Source: a virus. From it: a stretch of 64,000 nucleotides of DNA. Below are positions 19,575 through 28,106 of this stretch, one piece after another. The notes under the pieces are model-generated. The model was not told where the DNA came from. It saw only the letters and a program-made list of their open reading frames with translations, and ran no database searches. Positions within the stretch are counted from its first letter, which is position 1, and each line of letters begins with the position of its first letter. The stretch lies in the IMG/VR virus record IMGVR_UViG_3300025138_000026, positions 15,644-79,643 of that record; one strand, 5' to 3'. Both the position numbers and the translations under genes were made by a program.

Positions 19575-20417
19575 TTAAAATTTAATTTGCTTGAAGCAGT
19601 TAAAATCATGTTTATCTATAAATCCTTCTTTTTGTTCTTGTATATTGTATCTATACCAATCATTTAAAAATTTGTCAAAATTTATACACTCTTTTATTTC
19701 ATCATTTAACCTAAATCTAAAACACTCTTCTACAGAAGATATACAAAAAGGATTTAAACCCTCTTTTTTAATAAGCTCTATTAATCTATTGCGGTTTTCA
19801 TATCTTTTATTTACTAATTCTAAATCGTCTTCAAATCCCAATAAAAGATGATTGGTGTTATAAAAAAAATAATATTTAAAATTATGATTAATAAAGTGCA
19901 AGGGGTCTTGTCTTTTTTCTTCTCTAATATTTTTTTGATAACCTTCTTCCCAAAAAGGTTGATTTGATAACTCAATTGATTTATTGACTCCGACAATACC
20001 TTCGTGAGGATTATTCACAAAAGCAGTTCGTTCATTAAATTTAAATAATAATCTTTTGTTATGCAGATATACTCCATTTACTCCCGAATAATCTAGATGG
20101 CCGCAAATGTGTTTCAATTTGCATGTAAAATCTGGAGAAAGTCTCTCCAAAGTATCTATTGTAAGAAACCAATCGCCAACTTGCATCCGACTCTGAAATA
20201 ACGAGTGATTCCTACTGAAGTCTAACCTATTACACCATTTGGTATAAATTATTTCTCCCTGACCCTTTACGCTTTCCAGATAATCTGCACCATCATCTTT
20301 AGGATAATGAAAGGTCCAAATCAAACCATCAAAGTGATCTTTAATTGGCTCAATCAATTCTTGAAGATCTTGTTTATGACCTTCTGTAGTTATACCTATT
20401 AACCAAAGTTTATTCAT
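19575..20417 (-). CDS. Glycosyltransferase, GT-A (GT2-like)
   Basis: DDGADYL, DFSRNHSL, GDWFLTIDTLE, PHE. Confidence 0.65.
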   Translation of the reverse strand: MNKLWLIGITTEGHKQDLQELIEPIKDHFDGLIWTFHYPKDDGADYLESVKGQGEIIYTKWCNRLDFSRNHSLFQSRMQVGDWFLTIDTLERLSPDFTCKLKHICGHLDYSGVNGVYLHNKRLLFKFNERTAFVNNPHEGIVGVNKSIELSNQPFWEEGYQKNIREEKRQDPLHFINHNFKYYFFYNTNHLLLGFEDDLELVNKRYENRNRLIELIKKEGLNPFCISSVEECFRFRLNDEIKECINFDKFLNDWYRYNIQEQKEGFIDKHDFNCFKQIKF

Positions 20418-21148
20418 CCTATATGTTCAGAGTATAATTTTTCTGGATTAAAGAAAGAAAACGGAGTATTGCTATTGCTCATGGGTTTCAAAAGATCTCC
20501 AGACATCAACTCACAATGATAAGATCCAAGTTTATCTAAATGTTGTTGAGCCGCCTTCCACGCAATAAATATTTCGTTAGTCCTACTAATATTAGGTTGG
20601 AAAGTAAAGGTGGGGCCATATTGAGTATAATTTATAGCTTGAGTTAAAATATCTCCAGTCTCGTTATTATGATCTCCATCTGGAGGTCCATATTCTTTAC
20701 CCCGATTAAATCTAACACAAAGTTGGTCAGGATTATTGTCCAGAAATTCTAAGCTTTCTTCAAGGACTTCATTTAAAGATATTTTTGAATTGATCAACCA
20801 ATCGTCTTCCAACCACAAAGAATATTTTTGTTTTCTAACTTCTTGATCAGAATACGCTTTATAAATATCCTTGAAATAACCAGCCGAGTGAGATAAATGA
20901 TTTTCACTGTGATGCACAATCGACTCTTTAGTCTCGATGACTCTTATACCATACACACAGCAGAAAGATTTTATTTTGTCTGCTACTGATTCCTCTTCGT
21001 CTCTAGTCTTTAAATGTAAAACTTTGTTTGAGAAAAGATTGGGATCTACTTTTTTAAATAGATCTTCAATAACATCTCTGTAAGTATGCTGACCACCATG
21101 ACCCATGGTAGTGCTAAATAAGATTAAATTTAACGGTAGTTTTTTCAT
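20414..21148 (-). CDS. Glycosyltransferase, GT-A-like
   Basis: YSLWLEDDW, FTFQP and C-terminal HIG, as seen in phage GT-A proteins. Confidence 0.6.
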   Translation of the reverse strand: MKKLPLNLILFSTTMGHGGQHTYRDVIEDLFKKVDPNLFSNKVLHLKTRDEEESVADKIKSFCCVYGIRVIETKESIVHHSENHLSHSAGYFKDIYKAYSDQEVRKQKYSLWLEDDWLINSKISLNEVLEESLEFLDNNPDQLCVRFNRGKEYGPPDGDHNNETGDILTQAINYTQYGPTFTFQPNISRTNEIFIAWKAAQQHLDKLGSYHCELMSGDLLKPMSNSNTPFSFFNPEKLYSEHIG

Positions 21149-21222
21149 AAACCTCTGGGCCTTGTATGGAAAAGTTAAGACCCAGAGGCTACTATGACCT
21201 CAAGGAGGCAAATCCTTGACCT
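21149..21222 (-). ncRNA. Candidate structured RNA or 5' leader (two hairpins)
   Basis: UCAAGGA-UUUGCC-UCCUUGA, then CCUCUGGGUCUU-13 nt-AAGGCCCAGAGG-UUU, just downstream of a promoter. Confidence 0.45.
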
Positions 21223-21227
21223 CCCTT

Positions 21228-21256
21228 ATTGTATTGAGAAAATTATCTAAAATCAA
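21228..21256 (-). promoter_or_regulatory. sigma70-type promoter
   Basis: TTGATT-17 nt-TACAAT. Confidence 0.6.
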
Positions 21257-21373
21257 CTAATCTTCGGCAATATGTTCGTTTATTTTGCCCAAAATATAAG
21301 CTAAAGTCTCATCATATTCTAATTCAACATTTTCAATGTCTTCCTTCTCAATTATAGGTTCTGCAATAGTCAT
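21257..21373 (-). CDS. Small acidic hypothetical protein (38 aa, not in ORF track)
   Basis: MTIAEPIIEKEDIENVELEYDETLAYILGKINEHIAED; GTGTAG 12 nt upstream. Confidence 0.55.
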   Translation of the reverse strand: MTIAEPIIEKEDIENVELEYDETLAYILGKINEHIAED

Positions 21374-21411
21374 AGTAATGACTATCTACACTAAAATATA
21401 TATATCGGAAA

Positions 21412-23055
21412 TTAACCCTCACACGATTTGCATTGCATCAAGGATCTTGAAAGCTCTTGACTTGGATTAGCGCTCCTTTGGTAATACAAGCCTTTTACTC
21501 CATTTTCCCAAGCATAAATCATAAGTTGATTAACTTCTTTCGCAGGAGTATTTGGGGGTATCATTAAATTTAATGATTGTCCTTGATCTAAATATTTCTG
21601 CCTCTGGGCAGCTTGAATAACAACTTCTTTCTGAGAAATCTCTTCAAATGTCTTAAATATACCCTTATCATCATCAGACATAAAGCTCAAATTTTGAACA
21701 GATCCTCCTGTTTTAAGTATACTCAACCAGACTTCGTCATTATCTTTCCCATATTCTCGTAATACATTTTTCAAGTAAGGGTTCTTGTAAGTGAATTTCC
21801 CCTTAGCCAAATTCTTGACAAAATAATTTGAATTCAAGGGTTCAATAGAAGGAGATACTTGACCCAAAATAAAAGAACTACTGGTTGTCGGAGCTATAGC
21901 TAGAGTAGTTGTATTTCTGCGACCGTAATCTTTAGCATACAAGGGACCGCCTAAAATGTTAAAAAGATCCCCTGTTGCTTTGTCACTAGATTTTCTAATC
22001 TTTTTGAATATAGAACTATTAGCTAGCTTGGCCTCCATACTCTCAAAAGTAATACTCTTACTCTGTAGGTAAGAGTGCCAACCAAGGACTCCCATGCCTA
22101 AAGCCCTGTGCCGTTTAGCGAAATTATGAGAAGATTCCATAAATGGAATATCTTTAGTTTTAATAATATACTCTTCCATTACCGCATCGAGAAACATAGT
22201 CAAAACCTCAATAGCGTCAGTTTTAATAATTTCATCCCATTGAACTAGATTAAGGGAAGACAAACAACAAACAAAGGATTCATCTTCTTTTGAAGGAAGG
22301 CTTATCTCATTACAAAGATTAGAAGCGAATATCTCCATCGCATTATCTTTGTAACAGTCTGGGGCTTGATTATTAGCAGTATCTTTGAAAAATAAATATG
22401 GGTATCCCGTTTCAAACCTTTTTTTAATTACTGAAGCCCAGATCTGACGTTTATCTGAATCTCCATCAATCATAGATTTCATCCAATCATCTCCAACAGT
22501 AATCCCAAAAGACATCTCTTGGATTGCATTACCCTCACTCCTTATACGCAAAAATTCTTTGATATCAGGATGATCAATAGGTAAATAAGCAGCGAAAGAA
22601 CCCCTACGGACATTACCTTGAGAAACTACAGCTGCCACCTTATCAAAAAGTTCCATAAAATGGACTGCCCCAGAAGATTCCCCACCTGAATTTATTTTAG
22701 CTCCCCTACCACGGAGTTCTCCAAAATAAGCTGAAGTCCCAGAACCGTGTTTGGTTTGCATTCCAACCTCACTTTGCTTTGACAAAATTCCATCCATTCT
22801 GTCAGGAACATATACCCCATTACAAGAAATAGGGAGACCCCTCTTCCTCCCGAAATTAGACCAAACAGGAGAAGCGAGGGAATAAAACCCTTGCTTCATA
22901 TAAGAAATGAATTTATCAGAAAATCCCTCAATACCCAAATATCCTTGGGCAGTATTAGCTATATCTTCAATCCTTTCTTCTGGAGTTTCTCCTTTTAAAT
23001 AGCCCCTTTCAAGGAAAATCCTTGAATCTTCATTTAGCCAATAGTATTCAGTCAT
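21412..23055 (-). CDS. nrdA: Ribonucleotide reductase class I alpha subunit (no ATP cone)
   Basis: SPVW, PISC, RRG, ETGYPY, SNLCNEI, CCLSS, APTTSSS, DQGQS, YYQR, C-terminal CxxC. Confidence 0.93.
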   Translation of the reverse strand: MTEYYWLNEDSRIFLERGYLKGETPEERIEDIANTAQGYLGIEGFSDKFISYMKQGFYSLASPVWSNFGRKRGLPISCNGVYVPDRMDGILSKQSEVGMQTKHGSGTSAYFGELRGRGAKINSGGESSGAVHFMELFDKVAAVVSQGNVRRGSFAAYLPIDHPDIKEFLRIRSEGNAIQEMSFGITVGDDWMKSMIDGDSDKRQIWASVIKKRFETGYPYLFFKDTANNQAPDCYKDNAMEIFASNLCNEISLPSKEDESFVCCLSSLNLVQWDEIIKTDAIEVLTMFLDAVMEEYIIKTKDIPFMESSHNFAKRHRALGMGVLGWHSYLQSKSITFESMEAKLANSSIFKKIRKSSDKATGDLFNILGGPLYAKDYGRRNTTTLAIAPTTSSSFILGQVSPSIEPLNSNYFVKNLAKGKFTYKNPYLKNVLREYGKDNDEVWLSILKTGGSVQNLSFMSDDDKGIFKTFEEISQKEVVIQAAQRQKYLDQGQSLNLMIPPNTPAKEVNQLMIYAWENGVKGLYYQRSANPSQELSRSLMQCKSCEG

Positions 23056-24027
23056 TTAGAATAAGTCGTCTGCATTATAAGTCTGAGAATTTTTTGAGTA
23101 TTCTACAGGTCGGGAATAAAAAAAGTCCGTGGCATTGTTCCCAAGTAACTCCTCTTCAAACCAGATTGTATCTTTTAGCAGGTTTTTGTCAACTTCAAAA
23201 GGTTGTTTAAAACCAATTTGTTGCATGGACTCATTAATTCTATTTTTAATGAACTCTTTCAATACAATAGCATTCAACCCTTTTTGACGAATTCCGTTGA
23301 TCATCCAATCAATAATCTTACTTTCAGCTTCAAAAGCACATACTGCTTCTTGAGCTATTTTTTCCCCAAGCTCTTCATCAAAAAATTCTGGGTGTTCTTC
23401 CCGAATAGTATTAATCAGCTTCATGCCTACGAGAGCGTGAATATTCTCTTCATTCCTTGTATACTTCACTTGCTGGTCAGTATCTTTTAAGACATTTTTG
23501 TTACGAGCAAACCAGTTTATCACGTAAAATTGAGAAAACAACGATACATTCTCTACAAAAAGAGTGAATAGGATTAAAGCATAAACATATTGCTTCTTGT
23601 TATTTTTGTAAAACTTGTGTGTATATTTACGCAAATAGTTTACTCGACCCTGTATGAAGTCTAGCTTAAGATTTTCTTCAAAAACCTCTTCTAGTCCGAG
23701 TACCTCAAGGAGTCTCTCATAAGCATTATTGTGAATAACTTCAACATTGGCCATAACAAAGCCCAAATCACTAAGAGACGGATGAGGTAAATTATCACCT
23801 AATTTACTCCAAAATTTCTTAACAGCTACCTCAATTTGACCAATCGCTGAAAGAGTTCTTATAATAATCTCTTTTTCTTGATCGTCTAAAACCACGTTAA
23901 AGTCTTGAATATCTGAAGCAAAACTGAATTCTTTATCAGTCCAGAACCCATTATGCATTGCCTCGATAAATTCTCCCGCCCATGAATAATGGTCAGGCTT
24001 TCTGGAAATTTGTTCGTCAAAGATCAT
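23056..24027 (-). CDS. nrdB: Ribonucleotide reductase class I beta subunit (class Id-like)
   Basis: QIEVAVK, EVIHNNAY, ENVSLFSQF, EENIH, DFF..RPVEY. Confidence 0.92.
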   Translation of the reverse strand: MIFDEQISRKPDHYSWAGEFIEAMHNGFWTDKEFSFASDIQDFNVVLDDQEKEIIIRTLSAIGQIEVAVKKFWSKLGDNLPHPSLSDLGFVMANVEVIHNNAYERLLEVLGLEEVFEENLKLDFIQGRVNYLRKYTHKFYKNNKKQYVYALILFTLFVENVSLFSQFYVINWFARNKNVLKDTDQQVKYTRNEENIHALVGMKLINTIREEHPEFFDEELGEKIAQEAVCAFEAESKIIDWMINGIRQKGLNAIVLKEFIKNRINESMQQIGFKQPFEVDKNLLKDTIWFEEELLGNNATDFFYSRPVEYSKNSQTYNADDLF

Positions 24028-24036
24028 CTTGTAATT

Positions 24037-24042
24037 TTACAC
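24037..24042 (-). promoter_or_regulatory. GTGTAA motif
   Basis: 9 nt before the nrdB ATG. Confidence 0.55.
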
Positions 24043-24117
24043 AGAATATCGCCTCGTCAGAACTGAGTCAACTCTATTTTTAATAAAAAGAGCAAAGCTC
24101 ATTTAAATTAATATAAA

Positions 24118-24163
24118 CGTATGGGTAACGTATGGAATATTATTTAAATACGTATCCCATACG
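24118..24163. repeat. 16-bp imperfect inverted repeat with AT-rich spacer (origin or operator candidate)
   Basis: CGTATGGGTAACGTAT-14 nt-ATACGTATCCCATACG, 14/16 complementary. Confidence 0.75.
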
Positions 24164-24241
24164 AGCGTTTCCAATACGATATATTTCTTATATTAAGATA
24201 AGATTCTAGCCTGTCAAGAACAAAATTTTATGAGATTTTAC

Positions 24242-24269
24242 TTGATTTTTTTGACTTTTTACTTATAGT
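24242..24269 (+). promoter_or_regulatory. sigma70-type promoter of the plus-strand island
   Basis: TTGATT-16 nt-TATAGT, 9 nt before GTG 24279. Confidence 0.55.
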
Positions 24270-24278
24270 AAGAAAAAA

Positions 24279-24875
24279 GTGATCAATAATCTCTCAGATT
24301 CCGATTTAACTGTATTAATTAGAGAAGATAATGACGAAATAGCCTTGAACGAGCTAATCTCTAGACATTCAGGTATTTACGTTGACATGCTTAAAAAGTT
24401 TGGTTCAAATTGCCTGACCAGAAATCAAGTCTGCGATATAATGGGCGAAAAAGATTATGTAATCTACAAAGCTGCTCTAGAATATGATGAAAATAGGGCT
24501 AAGTTTTCCACTCATTTGGCAAATAAGACGAAATATATGTGCCTTACTCAGAAGACTAAAAACAAGAATAATAGGGTCACTTCAAATTTTGATGAAATAC
24601 AATTTTGTCAAAAAGACAAGAGTCACACTCCAGACCAGTCTTGTAATATGAATGATTCGTTTTCTAGGATCATTAATCTGATTGAAAAACATCAAGATAG
24701 CCGCTTAAAAATAATCTTTCACGAGAGGTATTTTTGTGGTAAGAGGGGCAAATTAAAACCTTGGAAGGAAGTTGCTGATATATTAAATCTCTCAGCACAA
24801 GGTTGCATAAATATTCATGACAAAGCAGTGTTAGAATTAAATCAAAAAATAGATAATGAAAAGATTAAATTTTGA
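24279..24875 (+). CDS. Phage sigma70-family sigma factor
   Basis: SDSDL..IR...ALNELI, YDENRAKFSTHL (region 2), PWKEVADILNLSAQGC (region 4 HTH). Confidence 0.8.
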   Translation: MINNLSDSDLTVLIREDNDEIALNELISRHSGIYVDMLKKFGSNCLTRNQVCDIMGEKDYVIYKAALEYDENRAKFSTHLANKTKYMCLTQKTKNKNNRVTSNFDEIQFCQKDKSHTPDQSCNMNDSFSRIINLIEKHQDSRLKIIFHERYFCGKRGKLKPWKEVADILNLSAQGCINIHDKAVLELNQKIDNEKIKF

Positions 24876-25941
24876 AGGGCCAATAAACTCACTCAGTTTA
24901 GGGAATGTAACAGTAAATATTCTAAGAGAACTAAAAGAAAGAGACCTTGAAATATCCTTCTTTCCCGTAGGAGATAAAGGTGATTTTTCCGCTTACGACA
25001 AAATATCCAAAGATTTCCAGCAATGGGTTAGTAATATTTCAGCTACTAGACTTAAAAAATTAGACAAAAATACGCCATCCTTAAAAGTTTGGCATATTAA
25101 TGGTTCAGAAAAAGTTCTGCCTAATCAATTCCTTTATACTTTTTATGAACTTGATTCCCCTACGGAAGAAGAAGTAAATATAGTCAAACTACAAAAACAT
25201 GTATTTTTCTCATCATCAGAAGCCTCGCAAGCCTTCAAAGACAAAGGCTGCAATAATGTTAGTCATGTCCCTCTTGGTTTTGATCAGGATTTCCAAGAAA
25301 CGAAAAAAGAATATCTAAAGGATACAATCCATTTTGGTTTAGTGGGTAAATTTGAAAGAAGGAAAAATACTCAGGCTATTATAAAATTGTGGACTCAGAA
25401 ATTTGGTAATAACCCCAAATATCAATTATCCTGTCTTGTCGCGAACCCATTTTTAAATGGAGACCAAATGAATCAAGCGATTAATAATTCTCTTAGTGGG
25501 CAAACTTGGTCAAACATTAATTTTTTACCTCACTTAAAAACAAATTCTGAAGTAAACGATTTTACAAATTCAATTGATATCGATCTTTCTGGACTTTCAA
25601 ATGGAGAAGGTTGGAATCTTCCCGCTTTCAATGCAACAGCTCTTGGTAAATGGTCTGTAGTTAGCAATTGTTCCTCCCATAAAGATTGGGCAACGGAAGA
25701 TAATAGTATTCTTGTAGATCCAATTGGCAAACAACCTTGTTATGATAACTTCTTTTTTAAAGAAGGGATGCCTTTTAATCAGGGAGAATATTATAAATTA
25801 AATGCAGATGATATTGAAAAAGGTTTTGACAAAGCCCTAGAGAAAGTGGGACAAAAAAACACAGATGGGACAAAATTGCGCGACATGTTTACATATTCTA
25901 AGAGCGTAGATGCTATTTTATCTCGTATCTATGAGGATTAG
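24856..25941 (+). CDS. Glycosyltransferase GT-B (GT4-like)
   Basis: TFYE, VPLGFD, FGLVGKFERRKN, SNGEGWNLP. Confidence 0.8.
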   Translation: MKRLNFEGPINSLSLGNVTVNILRELKERDLEISFFPVGDKGDFSAYDKISKDFQQWVSNISATRLKKLDKNTPSLKVWHINGSEKVLPNQFLYTFYELDSPTEEEVNIVKLQKHVFFSSSEASQAFKDKGCNNVSHVPLGFDQDFQETKKEYLKDTIHFGLVGKFERRKNTQAIIKLWTQKFGNNPKYQLSCLVANPFLNGDQMNQAINNSLSGQTWSNINFLPHLKTNSEVNDFTNSIDIDLSGLSNGEGWNLPAFNATALGKWSVVSNCSSHKDWATEDNSILVDPIGKQPCYDNFFFKEGMPFNQGEYYKLNADDIEKGFDKALEKVGQKNTDGTKLRDMFTYSKSVDAILSRIYED

Positions 25942-25973
25942 ATCCTTGGCATGAGTTGTGTTATATAGTAAAT

Positions 25974-26261
25974 ATGAATTACTCATATAATACAAATAAA
26001 ACTGAAATTAAAGACAACGGAGACGATTATATCGCCCAATTTGAACTAGCAGGTTTCTCAAAAAAAGACCTTGATGTTACAGCTACAAATTCAAAATTAA
26101 TCATTGATGCGAAGAATGAAGATAGACAAAGTCATTTTAAATTAAATTTATATGGAATTGTTTCTATTGAAAATATAGTATCAAATATGAAGAACGGTCT
26201 TCTTACAGTAACTCTTCCCAAAAAGAGTGTAATAGGACGAAGAAAAATAGAAGTTATATAA
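25974..26261 (+). CDS. Small heat-shock protein (Hsp20); start probably ATG 25974
   Basis: ELAGFSKKDLDV and MKNGLLTVTLPK alpha-crystallin motifs; C-terminal IEV. Confidence 0.85.
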   Translation: MNYSYNTNKTEIKDNGDDYIAQFELAGFSKKDLDVTATNSKLIIDAKNEDRQSHFKLNLYGIVSIENIVSNMKNGLLTVTLPKKSVIGRRKIEVI

Positions 26262-26641
26262 TGTCAATATACCTATATAAACACCCCACGAAAGACGAGT
26301 ATGAAGAGGTTATTCAGGGAATGAATGACCCCCATACTTTCTCAAAAGATGGAGAGGAATGGCGAAGAGTATTCACAGTTCCACATGCCTCGATATCAAG
26401 TAACGATGACCCTTTTAACTCTAACGCCTTCGTCGAGAAGACAGGTAAAATGAAGGGTACTGTGGGAGATATGATGAGCTATTCTGAAGAGTTGAGCCAG
26501 AAACGAGCAGATAAACATGGAGGACAAGACCCCGTTAAGACTAAACACTTCAAAGACTACGAAAGGGACATCGGCAAAAAGCACATTGCAGATAAGCAAA
26601 CTAGTTTTGAGAATAAATCAATAAAGATTGATATGGATTAA
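26261..26641 (+). CDS. FmdB-like N-terminus (no Cys), hypothetical protein
   Basis: MSIYLYK...EEVIQGM..WRRVFTVP. Confidence 0.55.
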   Translation: MSIYLYKHPTKDEYEEVIQGMNDPHTFSKDGEEWRRVFTVPHASISSNDDPFNSNAFVEKTGKMKGTVGDMMSYSEELSQKRADKHGGQDPVKTKHFKDYERDIGKKHIADKQTSFENKSIKIDMD

Positions 26642-27474
26642 ATGGAGGTTAAACCGATTCCAGCCCAACTCCCTCCAATAAATACACATAAAGTAGATCC
26701 TGAAATCGCTAATGCTCCAGTTGCTTCCACTGAAGGAGAACCATCAGAAGAACCCATACTATTACCTAACCATTTAGGGAGGGCAAATCCCGTCTGATAT
26801 CTTACAATGCCCGTTACAGTGTGAGGACCGTTAAACATTTCTTCATTGACAATGGTGCTGCCGCTTAATACCGCATCGCTCAAAACATCTAATTGACCAC
26901 TAAATATGCCAGTTCCGTCTACACTTAAGCTCTGTTGGAAATAAGTGTCTCCACCTTGGAAGAAATGACCAGAACTAAATTTCGCATATAAGGCGTCTTG
27001 CTGACTTACGGTAATTGAGTTTGTAGTTAGGTTATCTTTTAAGACGACACTACCCGTTGCAGTTTCAGTAAACGTTATACCATGCCCAGCTAAGCAAACA
27101 TTTTCTTGACTTCCCGTTCTGAATTCTACAGAATCTGCGCGAAAAACAGCATTATTAATCCCGCTAATGCTACTGTCATTGCATGAAATTGCAAAATTAT
27201 TATATGCGTTTAGTCCATCTCCTATTTCAGTATCACTACCTAGAAACAAAAAGTTTCCACTATTTGTATTATAGATGTTATCGATTTTCTGAGCAAAACT
27301 TGCAATTGATTTACCGTTATTAGTCAAATCTCCTGTAAAAGAAAAATCACCTGTCAAGTTCCTAGAAACATTGATTTGAACTCCCGTATTTGTTTGAGTT
27401 ATATTTAGATCTCCAGAATCACTAAAGAAAGTGTGCAATTGGATCTGTTCAGGTTGAATTTTATTAAAAGCCAT
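26638..27474 (-). CDS. Putative virion fibre or decoration protein, [ST]G-rich
   Basis: Beta-rich S/T/G composition, 16 [ST]G; own GTGTAA motif at 27500-27505. Confidence 0.55.
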   Translation of the reverse strand: MAFNKIQPEQIQLHTFFSDSGDLNITQTNTGVQINVSRNLTGDFSFTGDLTNNGKSIASFAQKIDNIYNTNSGNFLFLGSDTEIGDGLNAYNNFAISCNDSSISGINNAVFRADSVEFRTGSQENVCLAGHGITFTETATGSVVLKDNLTTNSITVSQQDALYAKFSSGHFFQGGDTYFQQSLSVDGTGIFSGQLDVLSDAVLSGSTIVNEEMFNGPHTVTGIVRYQTGFALPKWLGNSMGSSDGSPSVEATGALAISGSTLCVFIGGSWAGIGLTSI

Positions 27475-27512
27475 GATACAATAGATTATCTTCTATAAAT
27501 TACACAAATTCA

Positions 27513-28106
27513 ATGAAATTTACTCTTTATAAGCCAAACTCTAAAAATGCAGGATCTGCATTCAGTTTTGATATCGCAAAAGACAAGAAGGGAAATGCAG
27601 TTATGTACGTCTCTATGATTCAACAACATAGCTGGAATGATCAAACTAAAAGCGGGTCTTTTAAAGAAAATGCTAAAAATCCAGAAAAGTCTGGAACCAT
27701 TAAGTTAACAGCTAATGAAGCTGGAGAAATTTTATCTTCACTAAAAACCAGAATCCCTTTTGTAGCATTCCATAGACGGGATAAAGACACTACGATCATT
27801 AAATTCACCCCTTGGGACAAAAAAAGAAAAATCATGAATAAAAATGGGGAAGAATGGCTTGAAACCCCTGCATTTGGGTTCACGGTAACGAGAAATTCTT
27901 CTCAGATATTCAAGCTTCCTCTAGAAGCTGGAGAAACAGAAGTTCTTGGAGAACTAATGAAAAAGTATATTTTAGACTCTTTTTTTGTCGCTGACGCTTA
28001 TCAGAATCAAAAACCCAAATACGAAAAGAAAGAATACGAAAAAAAACAATACGAAGAGCCAAAACAAGAGGTAACTGAAGACGAAGATGACGGAGTCCCA
28101 TTCTAA
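27513..28106 (+). CDS. Single-stranded DNA-binding protein (PC4/Whirly-like core suspected)
   Basis: Acidic tail EDEDDGVPF resembles the SSB tail DDDIPF; beta-beta-helix repeat pattern. Confidence 0.6.
   Translation: MKFTLYKPNSKNAGSAFSFDIAKDKKGNAVMYVSMIQQHSWNDQTKSGSFKENAKNPEKSGTIKLTANEAGEILSSLKTRIPFVAFHRRDKDTTIIKFTPWDKKRKIMNKNGEEWLETPAFGFTVTRNSSQIFKLPLEAGETEVLGELMKKYILDSFFVADAYQNQKPKYEKKEYEKKQYEEPKQEVTEDEDDGVPF
28020..28058 (+). repeat. 15-nt tandem repeat (about 2.6 copies) in the SSB linker
   Basis: TACGAAAAGAAAGAA-TACGAAAAAAAACAA-TACGAAGAG encodes YEKKE YEKKQ YEE. Confidence 0.6.

Noticed and set aside
14894-21148. GT cluster as a DNA hypermodification system
   Set aside because: No hydroxymethylase, thymidylate synthase-like or TET/JBP gene in the window. 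Not excluded, because the rest of the genome is unseen.
21149-21230. tRNA or known riboswitch (SAM-II/V, c-di-GMP)
   Set aside because: No cloverleaf or T-loop; only short words (GAUUU, GUAGC) resemble SAM-II and the pairing does not fit. Kept as an unknown structured RNA.
5203-23055. Inteins or introns in dnaE, dnaB, recA, nrdA
   Set aside because: No C...HN intein ends or extra length; the motifs are contiguous.
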